Assembly: GCA_038046765.1 (NCBI GenBank)
Contig: JBBSVN010000016.1
Location: forward strand, 1-59,955
Source of the DNA: Candidatus Micrarchaeota archaeon
Lineage (GTDB): Archaea > Micrarchaeota > Micrarchaeia > Anstonellales > Bilamarchaeaceae
DNA: 59,955 nt
Direction: 5' to 3'
In this document: piece by piece, positions 9,722 through 21,001 of the stretch
Position numbering within the stretch: position 1 is the first letter of the stretch
Layout: each line of letters begins with the position of its first letter
The notes under the pieces: generated by a model
Seen by the model: only the letters and a program-made list of their open reading frames with translations
Database searches by the model: none
Told to the model about the DNA's origin: nothing
Position numbers and translations under genes: made by a program

Positions 9722-10609
9722 ATGGAAGTAGTTACAAATACAAATCTGGACATTGCACTATTTAAACGTGGAAAAGTAAGAGATACATACATTTTCAATG
9801 ATGATCTTCTGATGGTTGCAACTGACAGGCTAAGTGCTTTTGATGTTGTGTTTGATCAGGGTATACCTGGTAAAGGGCAGGTTCTAAATAATCTTTCAAT
9901 TTTTTGGTTCAATAAAACTAAACACATAATAAAAAATCATTTTCTAACTGATAAAATTCCTCTTAATTTACCAAAATATTTACAAAAAAGAAGTATGATT
10001 GTCGCAAGGACTAAACCAATTGCACTAGAATGCGTAGTACGCGGTTACATAACTGGAAGCGCATTTAAAGAATACGAAAAAACAGGAAAGGTTTGCGGTA
10101 TTGAACTTCCAAAGGGATTGAAGAATGGTGACGCATTGCCATTTCCAATATTTACTCCATCAACAAAAGCCGAAGTTGGGCATGATGAAAATATAACTGA
10201 AGAAAAAGCTAGAAAATTAGTTGGAAATCAAAATTACGAAGTTGTCAAACAAAAAAGTTTAGCTCTTTATAATTTTGCAAAAGAATATGCCAAAAGTTGC
10301 GGATTAGTCTTAGCAGATACCAAGTTTGAATTTGGTGTTCACCAGCACTTTGAATCTTTTAGGTATAACGAGGAAGTTATTCTTATTGATGAAGCATTAA
10401 CTCCAGATTCTTCTAGGTATTGGCTAAAAGAGAAATACGATCAGGGTATTTTGGAAAGTTTAGATAAGCAGTTTGTTCGGGATTATTTAGAAAAGACGGA
10501 ATGGAATAAATCTCCGCCAGCTCCAGCATTGCCACAAGATGTAATTGAAAATACTTCAAAAAGATATTTACAAGCTTATAAGATGTTGACTGGAAGCGAA
10601 TTAGTTTAA
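9722..10609 (+). CDS. purC: SAICAR synthetase
   Basis: RGKVRD, TDRLSAFD, ECVVRGY, DTKFEFG, LTPDSSR, DKQFVRD. Confidence 0.97.
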   Translation: MEVVTNTNLDIALFKRGKVRDTYIFNDDLLMVATDRLSAFDVVFDQGIPGKGQVLNNLSIFWFNKTKHIIKNHFLTDKIPLNLPKYLQKRSMIVARTKPIALECVVRGYITGSAFKEYEKTGKVCGIELPKGLKNGDALPFPIFTPSTKAEVGHDENITEEKARKLVGNQNYEVVKQKSLALYNFAKEYAKSCGLVLADTKFEFGVHQHFESFRYNEEVILIDEALTPDSSRYWLKEKYDQGILESLDKQFVRDYLEKTEWNKSPPAPALPQDVIENTSKRYLQAYKMLTGSELV

Positions 10610-10626
10610 TTTAGGGTGTTTGTATC

Positions 10627-11154
10627 ATGGCTAAAAAAGTACTCATCGATCCAAAGGCGGCAAGAAATTTCTATGCTGGACGCGCTAACGAAGCTAAAGT
10701 TCAAAAAGATGAACTCCAATTTACTCATTTTCCTAGTCGTTCAAGTAAAAAATCTGCTCCTTTAACTGAAAAACCACCTGAGTTATCTGTTGAATCTAAA
10801 TTTCTGAGTGCATGCGAGAATGGAGATTTAGAAGCGGTTAAGGAAATTATTGACGATGAAATAAAAGACAAAAATGGTGAAACATCCCCTGTATTAAGAA
10901 AAATCCTTAATGAATGGAAAACTGCTTTTGGTAAAACTGGTTTTATGTTTGCTGCATTTAACGGACATAAAAAATTAGTCCAATTTCTTCTTACGTTTAA
11001 GGAGTTAGATCTAGAACAACGAGATGTAGAAGGACAAGATGCCCTTGCTATCGCTAATTCCGGATCTGATCTTGATTTTAACTCTAAAATGCATGTTGCA
11101 ACTGTTATTGCCGAAGAGCTTTTAAAGCGAGGAATAAGTAGTCAATCTAAATAA
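10627..11154 (+). CDS. Ankyrin-repeat protein with basic N-terminal extension
   Basis: FLSACENGDLEAVK, GKTGFMFAAFNGHKKLVQFLL, DVEGQDALAIA. Confidence 0.8.
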   Translation: MAKKVLIDPKAARNFYAGRANEAKVQKDELQFTHFPSRSSKKSAPLTEKPPELSVESKFLSACENGDLEAVKEIIDDEIKDKNGETSPVLRKILNEWKTAFGKTGFMFAAFNGHKKLVQFLLTFKELDLEQRDVEGQDALAIANSGSDLDFNSKMHVATVIAEELLKRGISSQSK

Positions 11155-11618
11155 CTCTTAAGCATCTTCATCGCAAATTTAGCTTGCCCTAAATTTAATC
11201 CTAAAAGAAGAGAAATATGCATTAACTCTTTAGAACTTCTTAATTCAAATTCGTCTTTTGCAAAATCCGCGAACGTATAATAAGCGCCGTGTTTGTTGCA
11301 CAGTTTCAGGAAATTTCTTAATTTCGACATTGCTACTGCCCGACCTACTCCTTTAGAGTTAATTATCCTAGACAGATCAATCAGAAAACAAGCCTTTTTC
11401 TTTTCTGCAATTAGTTTTATTGCCCCATCGTCAAAATCATGGTCTTCAATTATAATGAGCATTTCTTTATTCTTGTAATTAACTGCTTGAGCCAAGTTCT
11501 TTACTTTTATAATTTTCTGTTTGACGTGAGGGCTAGAATAATCATAAAGTTTTTCATAGCCTAATTTCTTCAAATCAATTTTTTCTGGATTAAATAAAAC
11601 GATGTCGAACATAATCAA
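11142..11618 (-). CDS. RNase P subunit Rpp30-like (short)
   Basis: C-terminal half resembles Rpp30 (AIKLIAEK...RAVAMSKLR...ELRSSKEL...LLGL). Confidence 0.6.
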   Translation of the reverse strand: MIMFDIVLFNPEKIDLKKLGYEKLYDYSSPHVKQKIIKVKNLAQAVNYKNKEMLIIIEDHDFDDGAIKLIAEKKKACFLIDLSRIINSKGVGRAVAMSKLRNFLKLCNKHGAYYTFADFAKDEFELRSSKELMHISLLLGLNLGQAKFAMKMLKSYLD

Positions 11619-11626
11619 TTCTCTCT

Positions 11627-11977
11627 TTAAACTATAGCTAGTTTTTGTTTATTTTTATCTTCTACTTGCGTATAATTTTGTTGCAAGTTTTTGTATGCTT
11701 TTTTTGGTAAGAATTCTCCTTCTTTTAAATTTTCAGGTAGGTTTTGGAATTTAAGTATTACTGGCATAATACTCCTTAAGAACGCTTCTTTGTCTCTTTT
11801 GTGGCTCATTTTCTGCATCAGTTCAAATTGTTTTGGTGTTAACTCTTTTATAAAAACTTTAGTTGGTTCTTCCCCAAAATAACGATCAAGTATTCCTGGT
11901 TTTTCAATTCGATCTATATAATACCAACTCTCCTGCAATTCTCTTCTTACAGTTGCCTTTAGTTTGCCATTTGTCAT
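11627..11977 (-). CDS. Hypothetical protein
   Basis: Open frame filling the gap; no recognised motif. Confidence 0.6.
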   Translation of the reverse strand: MTNGKLKATVRRELQESWYYIDRIEKPGILDRYFGEEPTKVFIKELTPKQFELMQKMSHKRDKEAFLRSIMPVILKFQNLPENLKEGEFLPKKAYKNLQQNYTQVEDKNKQKLAIV

Positions 11978-12011
11978 AAATATCAAGCTTGCTCGTGATT
12001 TAAATTTGTTT

Positions 12012-13049
12012 CTAAATTAACTTCTTTATTGTTTCAACAAACTCATCAATATCCGCCTTAGTCGTCTGGAATGTACACATCCATCTTACTTCATTGATTT
12101 GTTGATTCCAAACATAAAATAAATATTCCTTTTGTAGTTTCAATATTAATTCTCTAGGAACTATTGCGAATACTGCGTTTGCTTCTACTTTTTGAGTTAT
12201 AATTATCTGCGGAATTTCACCTCTAATCCTCTTCTCTAAATATTTTGCCATTGTATTTGCATTCTTGGCATTTAGAAGCCATAAATTATTCGTAAGTAGC
12301 GTTTCAAATTGCACAGATATAAATCTCATCTTAGAATGTAATTGCATTGCCTGTTTTCTTATAAATCCAAAGTCTTCTTCAAGTTCTTTTCTAAAAAATA
12401 CTATTGATTCACCAAACATCATTCCATTTTTAGTTCCACCAAAAGATAATACATCAACACCTAAATCAGCGCTCATTTGCTTTAGGTTTAAACCTAATGT
12501 TGCAGTCGCATTTGCAAATCTTGCACCATCCACATGTAAAAACATATTATTTTTATGCGCTAAATCTGCAATCTGTTTTATTTCTTGCTGCGTGTAAACT
12601 GTTCCCACTTCGGTTGCTTGAGTTATTGATATAACCTTAGGTTGACTGTGGTGCACATCTCCAAATCCGTGCAAATGTTTTATAATTTCCTCTGGTGTTA
12701 ATTTTCCTTCCTTGGACGCAGGTATCGTTACTAATTTACATCCTGCAAATTTTTCTGTTCCTCCGCATTCATCAACGTTTAAGTGGGATGTTTCGCCACA
12801 TATTATAGAATTAAATGGTTTAGTCATTGCTGCAATAGACAAAATATTTGCCGCAGTTCCATTGTATACCAAATAAGCTTCACTCGCTTTACCAAATACT
12901 TCTTTAAATTTCAAAAGTGTTCTTTGCGTGTATGGGTCGTCTCCGTAAGAAAACATCCCTCCTTCATTTGCGCTTTTCATAGCTTCAAATATTTTAGGAT
13001 GAACTCCTACACTGTTGTCACTAGCAAAACATCTGTTAACTCGTTTCAT
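12012..13049 (-). CDS. ltaE: Low-specificity L-threonine aldolase (PLP)
   Basis: FASDN, YGDD, GTAAN, LHVDGARFANA, SFGGTKNG. Confidence 0.9.
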   Translation of the reverse strand: MKRVNRCFASDNSVGVHPKIFEAMKSANEGGMFSYGDDPYTQRTLLKFKEVFGKASEAYLVYNGTAANILSIAAMTKPFNSIICGETSHLNVDECGGTEKFAGCKLVTIPASKEGKLTPEEIIKHLHGFGDVHHSQPKVISITQATEVGTVYTQQEIKQIADLAHKNNMFLHVDGARFANATATLGLNLKQMSADLGVDVLSFGGTKNGMMFGESIVFFRKELEEDFGFIRKQAMQLHSKMRFISVQFETLLTNNLWLLNAKNANTMAKYLEKRIRGEIPQIIITQKVEANAVFAIVPRELILKLQKEYLFYVWNQQINEVRWMCTFQTTKADIDEFVETIKKLI

Positions 13050-13125
13050 ATTTTCTAAAATAAGTAAAAAACTAAATAAAAAGGTTCGTTTAATAAAAAA
13101 CTAGAAAAAATATAAAATAAAAAGT

Positions 13126-13656
13126 TTAATCCTTGACTCTTTGTTGGCCTAGACCGATTCTTCCTCTACCTAGTCCACGTGCTTTTCTTCCAGAAGAAGT
13201 TAATCCTCTAAACGCTCTTCCGGTTCTAGTTAAAGCTGGTAATTTTAAAAGTGTCGGGTCCCCCATTATTACTTCAAAAAATTTGTAGTTTCCGTTTGAA
13301 CCTACCCAATAAGAATTAAGTACTTCCAAGTTTTTGTATTCTCTGTTTACTCTTTGTTCAGCTATTGTCTGATGGGACAATTGAGTTTGGACTAATTGGT
13401 AATTGTGCCTCGATTTTCTTCCACCCATCGGGTGTAGTCTCTTTCTTCTACCTTTTCCAATTCTTACTCTTATTATTACATATCCATTTTTTGCTTTGTA
13501 ACCAAGAGTCCTTGCTCTTGCAATGTTCGATGGTTTTTCTACTCTTGTGATTGCTTCATCTTTCGACCAGTCTACTATTTTTCGTTTGTACTCTGCTGGT
13601 CTGTCCTTATACTGTTGTTGTATCGTCTTTTTTATATAATCATAAGCATTTGCCAT
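13126..13656 (-). CDS. rpl15e: 50S ribosomal protein L15e
   Basis: ARTLGYKAK, NLEVLNSYWVG, GRAFRGLTSSGRK. Confidence 0.97.
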   Translation of the reverse strand: MANAYDYIKKTIQQQYKDRPAEYKRKIVDWSKDEAITRVEKPSNIARARTLGYKAKNGYVIIRVRIGKGRRKRLHPMGGRKSRHNYQLVQTQLSHQTIAEQRVNREYKNLEVLNSYWVGSNGNYKFFEVIMGDPTLLKLPALTRTGRAFRGLTSSGRKARGLGRGRIGLGQQRVKD

Positions 13657-13964
13657 TTTACATCTACCTCTATTTTAATAAAATTTATCTTGTTTGCGTC
13701 TTAAATACATCGATTAGACTATTCGTGAAGTTATAAATTGTTGTTTGGTCGTCTTTTTAAATCTAGCGAATTAGTTTATTCTTAATTTGTTCTTTTAATT
13801 CAAGGTATTTCCCATTATATAATGCATTAAGAATTATAAAGCTTTGTGGCTCATTTCGTCTGAAATTTTGGTTACTTTTTTAAATATTTCATTTTATAAG
13901 AACTTTTATACAAATCAAATTAAATTCAATTTTTATCTTTTTTATGCTTATTTAGGTGTAGGTT

Positions 13965-14312
13965 ATGCAACATAAGGAAAAACACGAGTCTGAACAAAAA
14001 GATCAGTTGATGGAAACTGTGCAACAGATTCACAAAGCTGAAGATGAAGCTCTAAGAATTATTGAACAAGGTAAAACTTCTGCCGAACTTCTAGTTAAAA
14101 AGTCAAAAGAAGAATCGATGCAAATTATAGCTAATGGTGAAAAGGAATCCACTGAACTTAAAAATAATCTTATTAAGGAAATGGAAATTCGAATCGAGTC
14201 TGAAATAGATGATTTGTTAAAGGATGCTAAAAAAGACGCTGCAAATATAAAAAAGCAGGAGTTTGACAAAAAAATGCTTATGCAACTTGCAAAGCAAATG
14301 TTATTTGAGTAA
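13965..14312 (+). CDS. atpH: A/V-type ATP synthase subunit H
   Basis: Charged coiled coil (IHKAEDEALRIIE) as first gene of the operon. Confidence 0.75.
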   Translation: MQHKEKHESEQKDQLMETVQQIHKAEDEALRIIEQGKTSAELLVKKSKEESMQIIANGEKESTELKNNLIKEMEIRIESEIDDLLKDAKKDAANIKKQEFDKKMLMQLAKQMLFE

Positions 14313-14324
14313 TTGCTGATACTT

Positions 14325-16232
14325 ATGATTAAGCCAGTTGGTATGTCTAAAATTCGTTTACTTGTATTAAAAAGGACAGTAGAAAAAGTAGTCGAAGAAC
14401 TGCATAATTTAGGTGTTGTTGACATAAATAAAACTACCTACTCTTCGTTAGATAGTGGCAGACCATTTGATACTCATGTTCAAATATCTGGTGAATTAGT
14501 TAAAATACGCGGCCTTAAGGCAATACTTGAAAAATACTACTCTAAAGGTTCAGTTTCTTCTTATGTGCAATATCCCGATTATATTCAAGCTCTTAAAATT
14601 TCCAAAGAACTTGATATCGAAAAAATCATTAAATCTTACATTGATCAGTCATCAAAATTCCAGGAAGAACTAAAATCCTTAACTGAACAAAAGAAACTTC
14701 TAGATCCTTTAACTGCTTTTGACAAAATCGATTTTTCTAAGCTCACAACAAAATCCCTATCTTATTTAGTTGGGAGGATAAATCCAGAAAACCTTCAAAA
14801 ATGTAAATCAATACTGGATAAAAAAGTTAGGCACTACAACATCAATTCTATTACTTACGGTAATCAAAAAATTGTATTAATAATGTATAGCAAAGAAGAT
14901 TTTAGTCTTGATCAGTTGCTCTCAAGCTGTGGATTTACCTCTATCATGGTTCCAAAAGATTTAACATTTGTAATTAAAAAGGTTGAACAAATAAATCATG
15001 ATATAACCTCACGTTCTAGTGCGCTAGAACACGTTAATATTAATCTTCAAAATATGTCAAATCAATACTATCCAAAATTAGTTGGGCTTGAATCTGCGCT
15101 TAGTGTTCTGTCTGACCGCAGCGAAATTGTTTCTAATTTCAGTTCTACCTCTTCTGTCTTTATTATTGAAGGCTGGGTTAAAAGTGAAGAATTTGTAAAT
15201 CTTGAAAAAGCACTTGACAAGTATGGAGATAACGTCTCTGTTGATCGGGTTTCATTTGATTCGCATCATGAATTTCCCCCCGTTGCCCTAAAGAATCCAA
15301 GCTATGCCGATCCAATTGAATTTATAACTCGAACATACTCTTTACCAAATTATACTGAAATCGATCCAACTATGATTTATTTTCTTACTGTTCCGATAAT
15401 TTACGGTATGATTGTTGGAGATGTCGGTTATGCAATAATCTCAATACTTTTGGCTAAATTTTTAATGAAAAAGTTTCCAAATACACAAATTCTTCAAACC
15501 GTTTCTAAGCTTTGGATACTTGGTGCCATCCCCTCTATAGTTTTTGGCGTAATTTTTGATGAGTGGTTTGGGATAGGTCATTTATTCTGGTTAGAACAAT
15601 TATCTATGTGGGGACTTAATCTTGGCATTAGCACCCCGCTTTATCTTGGTCTTAGCCGGGTTGAGCAACTGCCATTAGTAGTTGGTATTGCAGCTTTGAT
15701 TGGTTTAATTCACCTGGGTTTGGGTTTTATACTTGGTGCAATCAATGAATGGCATCACAGCAAAAAGCATGCAATCGCAAAAATATTCTGGTTAACTTTA
15801 GAAATCGGGGGCACACTAGCGGTACTTGCTCTTGTACTTAATGCAATTCCAGGTTCTTATGGCCAAATTGGTTTAGCAATATTTGGTATTTCCATAATTG
15901 GTCTTCTTGCAACTGAAGGCCCAATCGGAATCATGGAAATTCCGGGTTTTGCAGGAAATGTCTTATCATATTCGCGAATTGCGGCAATCGGAGTTGTTGG
16001 TGCTATTTTGGGGGAGATAATAAATGAATTTTTATTTCCAAAAGCGTCCTACGGTATTTTTGCATTGCTTTTAATTCCAATATTTTTAATATTACATACT
16101 ATGAATGCGTTTATTGCAATGTTTGAAGCGATTATTCAAGGTGGAAGGCTTAATATTTTAGAGTTTAGGTCAAAATTCCTAAGAGGAGGGGGTAAACCCT
16201 TTAAGCCATTTACGTTATCTCGTACTAAGTAA
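14325..16232 (+). CDS. atpI: A/V-type ATP synthase subunit I
   Basis: EIDPT, YGMIVGDVGY, LSYSRIAA, RLNILEF. Confidence 0.95.
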   Translation: MIKPVGMSKIRLLVLKRTVEKVVEELHNLGVVDINKTTYSSLDSGRPFDTHVQISGELVKIRGLKAILEKYYSKGSVSSYVQYPDYIQALKISKELDIEKIIKSYIDQSSKFQEELKSLTEQKKLLDPLTAFDKIDFSKLTTKSLSYLVGRINPENLQKCKSILDKKVRHYNINSITYGNQKIVLIMYSKEDFSLDQLLSSCGFTSIMVPKDLTFVIKKVEQINHDITSRSSALEHVNINLQNMSNQYYPKLVGLESALSVLSDRSEIVSNFSSTSSVFIIEGWVKSEEFVNLEKALDKYGDNVSVDRVSFDSHHEFPPVALKNPSYADPIEFITRTYSLPNYTEIDPTMIYFLTVPIIYGMIVGDVGYAIISILLAKFLMKKFPNTQILQTVSKLWILGAIPSIVFGVIFDEWFGIGHLFWLEQLSMWGLNLGISTPLYLGLSRVEQLPLVVGIAALIGLIHLGLGFILGAINEWHHSKKHAIAKIFWLTLEIGGTLAVLALVLNAIPGSYGQIGLAIFGISIIGLLATEGPIGIMEIPGFAGNVLSYSRIAAIGVVGAILGEIINEFLFPKASYGIFALLLIPIFLILHTMNAFIAMFEAIIQGGRLNILEFRSKFLRGGGKPFKPFTLSRTK

Positions 16233-16273
16233 TATTAAAATAATACTTAAAACAAAATTAAAGGTGATTTAAT

Positions 16274-16513
16274 ATGGTAGAAGTAAGCGGTTTAGCAGTT
16301 GGTTCTGCAGCAGCACTTGGTGCTGGTATTGCTATGGGTTTAAGTGCATTAGCAGCAGCATGGTCACAAAGTAGTATTGGTGCCGCAGCAATGGGCGCAG
16401 TAGCTGAAAGACCAGAAATAGAAAAGAACGTTTTGATTTACTTGGCATTACCAGAAATTCTAGCAATTTTAGGGTTTATCGTAGCATTCTTCCTTACTGG
16501 TGCAGTAAAGTAA
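16274..16513 (+). CDS. atpK: A/V-type ATP synthase subunit K (proteolipid, single hairpin)
   Basis: Two hydrophobic helices, AERPE loop, LPE carboxylate. Confidence 0.95.
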   Translation: MVEVSGLAVGSAAALGAGIAMGLSALAAAWSQSSIGAAAMGAVAERPEIEKNVLIYLALPEILAILGFIVAFFLTGAVK

Positions 16514-16538
16514 TTGCTTTATTTACAAGGTAATTACT

Positions 16539-17123
16539 ATGGGGATAGAACGTATCACATCTTCGATAATTGCGCAGGCAAATGAGCAGGCAGAAGAACA
16601 AATTCAATCTGCACAAAAGATCGCTTCTAAGAATATTGCTGATGCAAAAGCTGCTCGTGAAGAACTCCTAAAAAAAGCAAAAAAAAGCGTTGAGGAGTAT
16701 GGGCTAGACCATGAAAAAGAGCGGCTTGCATGGGCAAGGTTGGAAGCAAAAAGGGTAGTTGCAGAAACAAAAGAGGATATTGTTAAAAGTGCTTTTGAAA
16801 GTATGTTCTCTGACTTTGCAGATTTAAGGAAATCTACTGAGTATAAAAACTTCCTAAAAAATGCGATTGCTTCATCTGTAAAAGAGCTTGGTAGTGAAAA
16901 TATCCTAGTGCATTGCCTTAAGGGTGAGAAATCTCTGTTAGTATCAAATACAAAGATCAAGGTTATCGAAGATCTTGACTCACTTGGAGGCTGCATTGTT
17001 GAACTTTCAAATAAATCTGTAAAAATAGATCTTACACTAGAAGCTCTTTTTGAAAATAAACGAGAGGATATTCGTAAGGAACTTTATGCCAAGTTTTTCT
17101 TTGAAAAAAAGAAAACTAAATGA
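16539..17123 (+). CDS. atpE: A/V-type ATP synthase subunit E
   Basis: MGIERI..IIAQA coiled coil, LGGCIV, operon position. Confidence 0.9.
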   Translation: MGIERITSSIIAQANEQAEEQIQSAQKIASKNIADAKAAREELLKKAKKSVEEYGLDHEKERLAWARLEAKRVVAETKEDIVKSAFESMFSDFADLRKSTEYKNFLKNAIASSVKELGSENILVHCLKGEKSLLVSNTKIKVIEDLDSLGGCIVELSNKSVKIDLTLEALFENKREDIRKELYAKFFFEKKKTK

Positions 17124-17141
17124 AGGGAGGGGAATTTATTC

Positions 17142-18254
17142 ATGAATATTTTTAATTTCGAACTAAATTTGCCAAATGTTCAAAGCCGTGCTTTGAAATA
17201 TGGTTACTCAAATGCAAGGGTAAAGGCTATGCGAGGCCTTATTTTACCTCCTTCTATTTTTGATGAAATGATAAAATCCGGGAGTGTTGAATCTATGCTG
17301 GATCTTTTGCAAAGAACTGCCTATAAAGAAGATTTTATCTCTTTTTCTGTTCAATACAAAGGTTCGGAGCTTATTGAAATTGCAACTTCAAATCATTTTA
17401 TTAACGTTGTTAATAAACTAAAAAAAATTGCCCCAAAATCAGATCAAAAATTTATGCGAGCAATGCTGGCAAAATACGATGCATTGACTGTAAAATTCTT
17501 GCTTAATGCAAAAGCAAATGGCAAAAAATACGAAGAAATAAAATCTATGCTTTTCTATTTCGGTTCTCTTAACGAGGCAGGTTGTAAACTTTTATTTGAA
17601 CAGGAAATATCTGATTTCTTACCTGTGCTTTGCAAAACTGACTTTGGAAAATCAATTAATTTACCTGCATTTACAAATGTGCTAAAACAACAAAAAATTA
17701 AGACACAACCTAGCGATTATTCGCAAATTTTTGCAATACAGTCTGTAATTGACTCGGCAGTACTTGCTTATACTCATGACTCATTTTCAAAAGGCGGTTA
17801 TGATATAAAGCGTCTTTACAAAATTGCAAAATATGAAGTTGATATTAAAAATATAATCTTAATTTCCAGGCTTAAACAAAAAGATTCTCAAATCAGTGAA
17901 CAAAATATAAAAAATTTGCTAATAAAAGGCGGTTCTTTACATATGCCTACTATAAAAGCTTTAATCGATGCTAAGGACATGTCTACTACACTTTCGATAT
18001 TGTCAAAAATACTTCCTGACTTTTCTATCAAAAATGATTCTATTTTAACAATATCCGATCTGGAAATTGTCTTAGAAAAAAATATTGCATTATCTAAATC
18101 AAGGGCATTTAAGCGAAGTATTCTTTCGCCAGGTGTAATCTTAGGATTTCTATTAATCAAAGAAGAAGAACTTAACAACTTAAGAAAAATCGCCAAAGCA
18201 AAAGAGTTTGGTTTAAGTGAAAAAGAAACAAAGGAATTATTGGTAGTAATATAA
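17142..18254 (+). CDS. atpC: A/V-type ATP synthase subunit C
   Basis: YGYSNARVKAM, KEEELNNLRKIAKAK. Confidence 0.9.
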   Translation: MNIFNFELNLPNVQSRALKYGYSNARVKAMRGLILPPSIFDEMIKSGSVESMLDLLQRTAYKEDFISFSVQYKGSELIEIATSNHFINVVNKLKKIAPKSDQKFMRAMLAKYDALTVKFLLNAKANGKKYEEIKSMLFYFGSLNEAGCKLLFEQEISDFLPVLCKTDFGKSINLPAFTNVLKQQKIKTQPSDYSQIFAIQSVIDSAVLAYTHDSFSKGGYDIKRLYKIAKYEVDIKNIILISRLKQKDSQISEQNIKNLLIKGGSLHMPTIKALIDAKDMSTTLSILSKILPDFSIKNDSILTISDLEIVLEKNIALSKSRAFKRSILSPGVILGFLLIKEEELNNLRKIAKAKEFGLSEKETKELLVVI

Positions 18255-18290
18255 TTGAATAATACATTTTAGTAAATAATTGTGATTAAT

Positions 18291-18614
18291 ATGAAATCAA
18301 ATATCATCGTTCTTGGGGACTCTCCGCTTGTGACTGGGTTTACATTAGCTGGAATTTCAAAATCCTTAATGACAAATCCAGATTCTTTTCAAAAAAATCT
18401 TGAAACGATTTTAGAAGATACTACTTACGGTGTAATTATTGTAAATTCAGAAATGTTTGGTACAATTGATTGGCGTCTTAAGAAAAAACTTGATAATTTA
18501 GCTTATCCGGTTATTGTGCAAGTTGCAGATGCAAAAAATCCAGGTAAGGATGAAAACGAGGAGATGCGGGCGCTTATTAAACGCGCATTAGGATTTGATA
18601 TTAATAAAAAATAA
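18291..18614 (+). CDS. atpF: A/V-type ATP synthase subunit F
   Basis: IVLGD..LVTGFTLAGI...IKRALGFDI. Confidence 0.92.
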   Translation: MKSNIIVLGDSPLVTGFTLAGISKSLMTNPDSFQKNLETILEDTTYGVIIVNSEMFGTIDWRLKKKLDNLAYPVIVQVADAKNPGKDENEEMRALIKRALGFDINKK

Positions 18615-18660
18615 CTAATAAAAAATGAATAAAAAAATAATTTTTTCTCACGGTGATAAA

Positions 18661-20418
18661 ATGGCAAAAGAAGCTAAAGGTTATATAGAAAGAATTTCTG
18701 GTCCGGTCGTACAAGCAAGTATCGATGGCGCAAAGCTTTACGATATTGTTCAAGTTGGTAACGATAAATTAATCGGCGAAATAATTAAAATTAAAGGAAA
18801 TTTTTCAACTGTCCAAGTATATGAAGATACATCTGGGGTTAAGCCAGGTGAACCAGTAGTAAGTACTGGAAAACCACTTAGTGTTGAACTGGGTCCTGGT
18901 ATTTTGAAAAATATTTATGATGGTATTCAAAGACCATTAAAATTTATTGAAGAAAAATCTGGTGGGGCTTTTATTAAAAGAGGTATCTTAGCTTATCCAC
19001 TAGATCGGCAAAAGAAATGGGAATTTAAATCAACTGTCAAAAAAGGAACAAAAGTAAAAATCGGAGATATTTTAGGTACTGTTCAGGAAACAGATTTAAT
19101 CGAACATAAAATTCTTTCTCCATACGAAGGAAAAGTTGAAGGAATTGAAAGTGGTACTTATACTGCTGATGACGAATTAGGAGAAATTTCTAGTGAAGGT
19201 AAAAAGCATTCTGTTTATTTGTATCAAAGATGGCCAGTTCGAAGATCCAGGCCAGTAACTGAAAAGTTTGCGCCCGAAATTCCGCTTATTACAGGACAAC
19301 GAGTTATTGATACATTTTTCCCAATTGCGAAGGGAGGAACTTCTTGTATTCCTGGTCCATTTGGTTCTGGTAAAACCGTTACACAGCAAAGTTTAGCAAA
19401 ACACTCGGACGCAAGAATTATCGTTTACGTTGGTTGCGGTGAACGTGGAAACGAAATGACTGAAGTATTAAGTGAGTTTCCGCACTTAAAAGACCCAAAA
19501 ACCGGAAAACCATTGATGGAACGAACGGTACTTATTGCGAATACAAGTAACATGCCAGTCGCAGCTAGAGAAGCTAGCATTTATACGGGAGTTACTATTG
19601 CAGAATATTATCGAGATATGGGTTACGATGTTGCCTTAATGGCAGATTCAACTTCAAGATGGGCTGAAGCCATGCGAGAAATTGGTGGAAGGCTCGAAGA
19701 AATGCCTGGTGAAGAAGGATATCCGGCTTACCTTGCTAGAAAATTAGCTGAATTTTATGAACGAGCTGGCCGAGTTCGATGTTTAGGTAGTGATGAAAGA
19801 TATGGTAGTGTTACAATAGTTGGTGCAGTTTCACCACCTGGTGGGGATTTAAGCGAACCTGTTTCACAAAACACACTAAGAGTTACAAAAGTTTTCCTAG
19901 CTCTTGATGCGTCACTAGCTTATAGAAGACATTTCCCTTCAATTCACTGGTTAAAAAGTTATTCTTTATACACTGAAGGATTGGAAGGGTGGTATGAAGC
20001 TAATGTTTCAAGTGATTTTCCCACTTTAAGAAAACATGCAATGCAATTACTTCAAAAAGAAGCGGAATTGCAAGAAATTGTACAATTAGTTGGTTCTGAT
20101 GCCCTGCCAGAAAAAGAGCAGGCGATTTTGATGGTAACAAAAATGATTCGGGAAGACTATTTGCAGCAAAATGCTTACAGCGATATTGATGCTAGAAGTA
20201 GTCTTAAGAAACAATACTTAATGCTTAAAACTATAATGCACTTTTATCAAAGGGCTATTGGTTCGATTGATCTGGGAGTTCAATTAAAGAAAATATCTGA
20301 TGTAACTTCTAAAAATAAAATTGGAAGAATGAAAGAAACTCCTGAAGACTCGCTTGACAACTTAAATAAACTGATGGCGGAAATCGATGCTGAATTTGAT
20401 TTAATTGCGAAAAGATAA
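18661..20418 (+). CDS. atpA: A/V-type ATP synthase subunit A (no intein)
   Basis: [33 protein letters not shown] before ATG 18661. Confidence 0.98.
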   Translation: MAKEAKGYIERISGPVVQASIDGAKLYDIVQVGNDKLIGEIIKIKGNFSTVQVYEDTSGVKPGEPVVSTGKPLSVELGPGILKNIYDGIQRPLKFIEEKSGGAFIKRGILAYPLDRQKKWEFKSTVKKGTKVKIGDILGTVQETDLIEHKILSPYEGKVEGIESGTYTADDELGEISSEGKKHSVYLYQRWPVRRSRPVTEKFAPEIPLITGQRVIDTFFPIAKGGTSCIPGPFGSGKTVTQQSLAKHSDARIIVYVGCGERGNEMTEVLSEFPHLKDPKTGKPLMERTVLIANTSNMPVAAREASIYTGVTIAEYYRDMGYDVALMADSTSRWAEAMREIGGRLEEMPGEEGYPAYLARKLAEFYERAGRVRCLGSDERYGSVTIVGAVSPPGGDLSEPVSQNTLRVTKVFLALDASLAYRRHFPSIHWLKSYSLYTEGLEGWYEANVSSDFPTLRKHAMQLLQKEAELQEIVQLVGSDALPEKEQAILMVTKMIREDYLQQNAYSDIDARSSLKKQYLMLKTIMHFYQRAIGSIDLGVQLKKISDVTSKNKIGRMKETPEDSLDNLNKLMAEIDAEFDLIAKR

Positions 20419-20440
20419 ATCAAAATTATTTGGTGAAATG

Positions 20441-21001
20441 ATGGACATTAAACAAACTATTGAAAAAATAAAATCCAACATCTTTCTAATTCCAGAAGCA
20501 AGATTTGACGAATTGACAAAAGATGTTAGCTACAAAGAATCATTCATTTATCTAGTTGCATGTCTAGCATTGTCACTTCCAATAATTTTCTTTGAAAATT
20601 TAATGTCCTATAAATCGGCGTACTTCTTAGGTTTATCAAATCCATTTTTTGGTTCTTTATTTTTTAGTATTTTTTCAAATTTATTTTCTATACCTATTTT
20701 CTACATTTTTCTTGGTATACAACATACTTTATTAAAACTTTTAGGAGGAAAAGCCAATTTTCTTAAAAGTACTCAGGTCTTTATATATGGGGGTACTTCG
20801 GGGTTAGTTCTGGGTTCCTTACCTTTAATCGGTTTGATTTTTTCATTAGTTTCGCTTTCTAATATCGTTTTGGGAGCAAAAAGAGTACATAATATTTCGT
20901 TGTTAAAAGCGATTTTGGCTTTGATTATAATTCCTGTGTTGATCGTTACAATTATTCTAATATTTATTTTACAATTTATACCTATGGGGTATACAAGATA
21001 A
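20441..21001 (+). CDS. Yip1-domain membrane protein inserted between atpA and atpB
   Basis: About five TM helices, LKLLGGKANF motif, HNISLLKA. Confidence 0.75.
   Translation: MDIKQTIEKIKSNIFLIPEARFDELTKDVSYKESFIYLVACLALSLPIIFFENLMSYKSAYFLGLSNPFFGSLFFSIFSNLFSIPIFYIFLGIQHTLLKLLGGKANFLKSTQVFIYGGTSGLVLGSLPLIGLIFSLVSLSNIVLGAKRVHNISLLKAILALIIIPVLIVTIILIFILQFIPMGYTR

Noticed and set aside
18661..20418. Intein in atpA
   Set aside because: GSGKTVTQQ is uninterrupted and the length is normal
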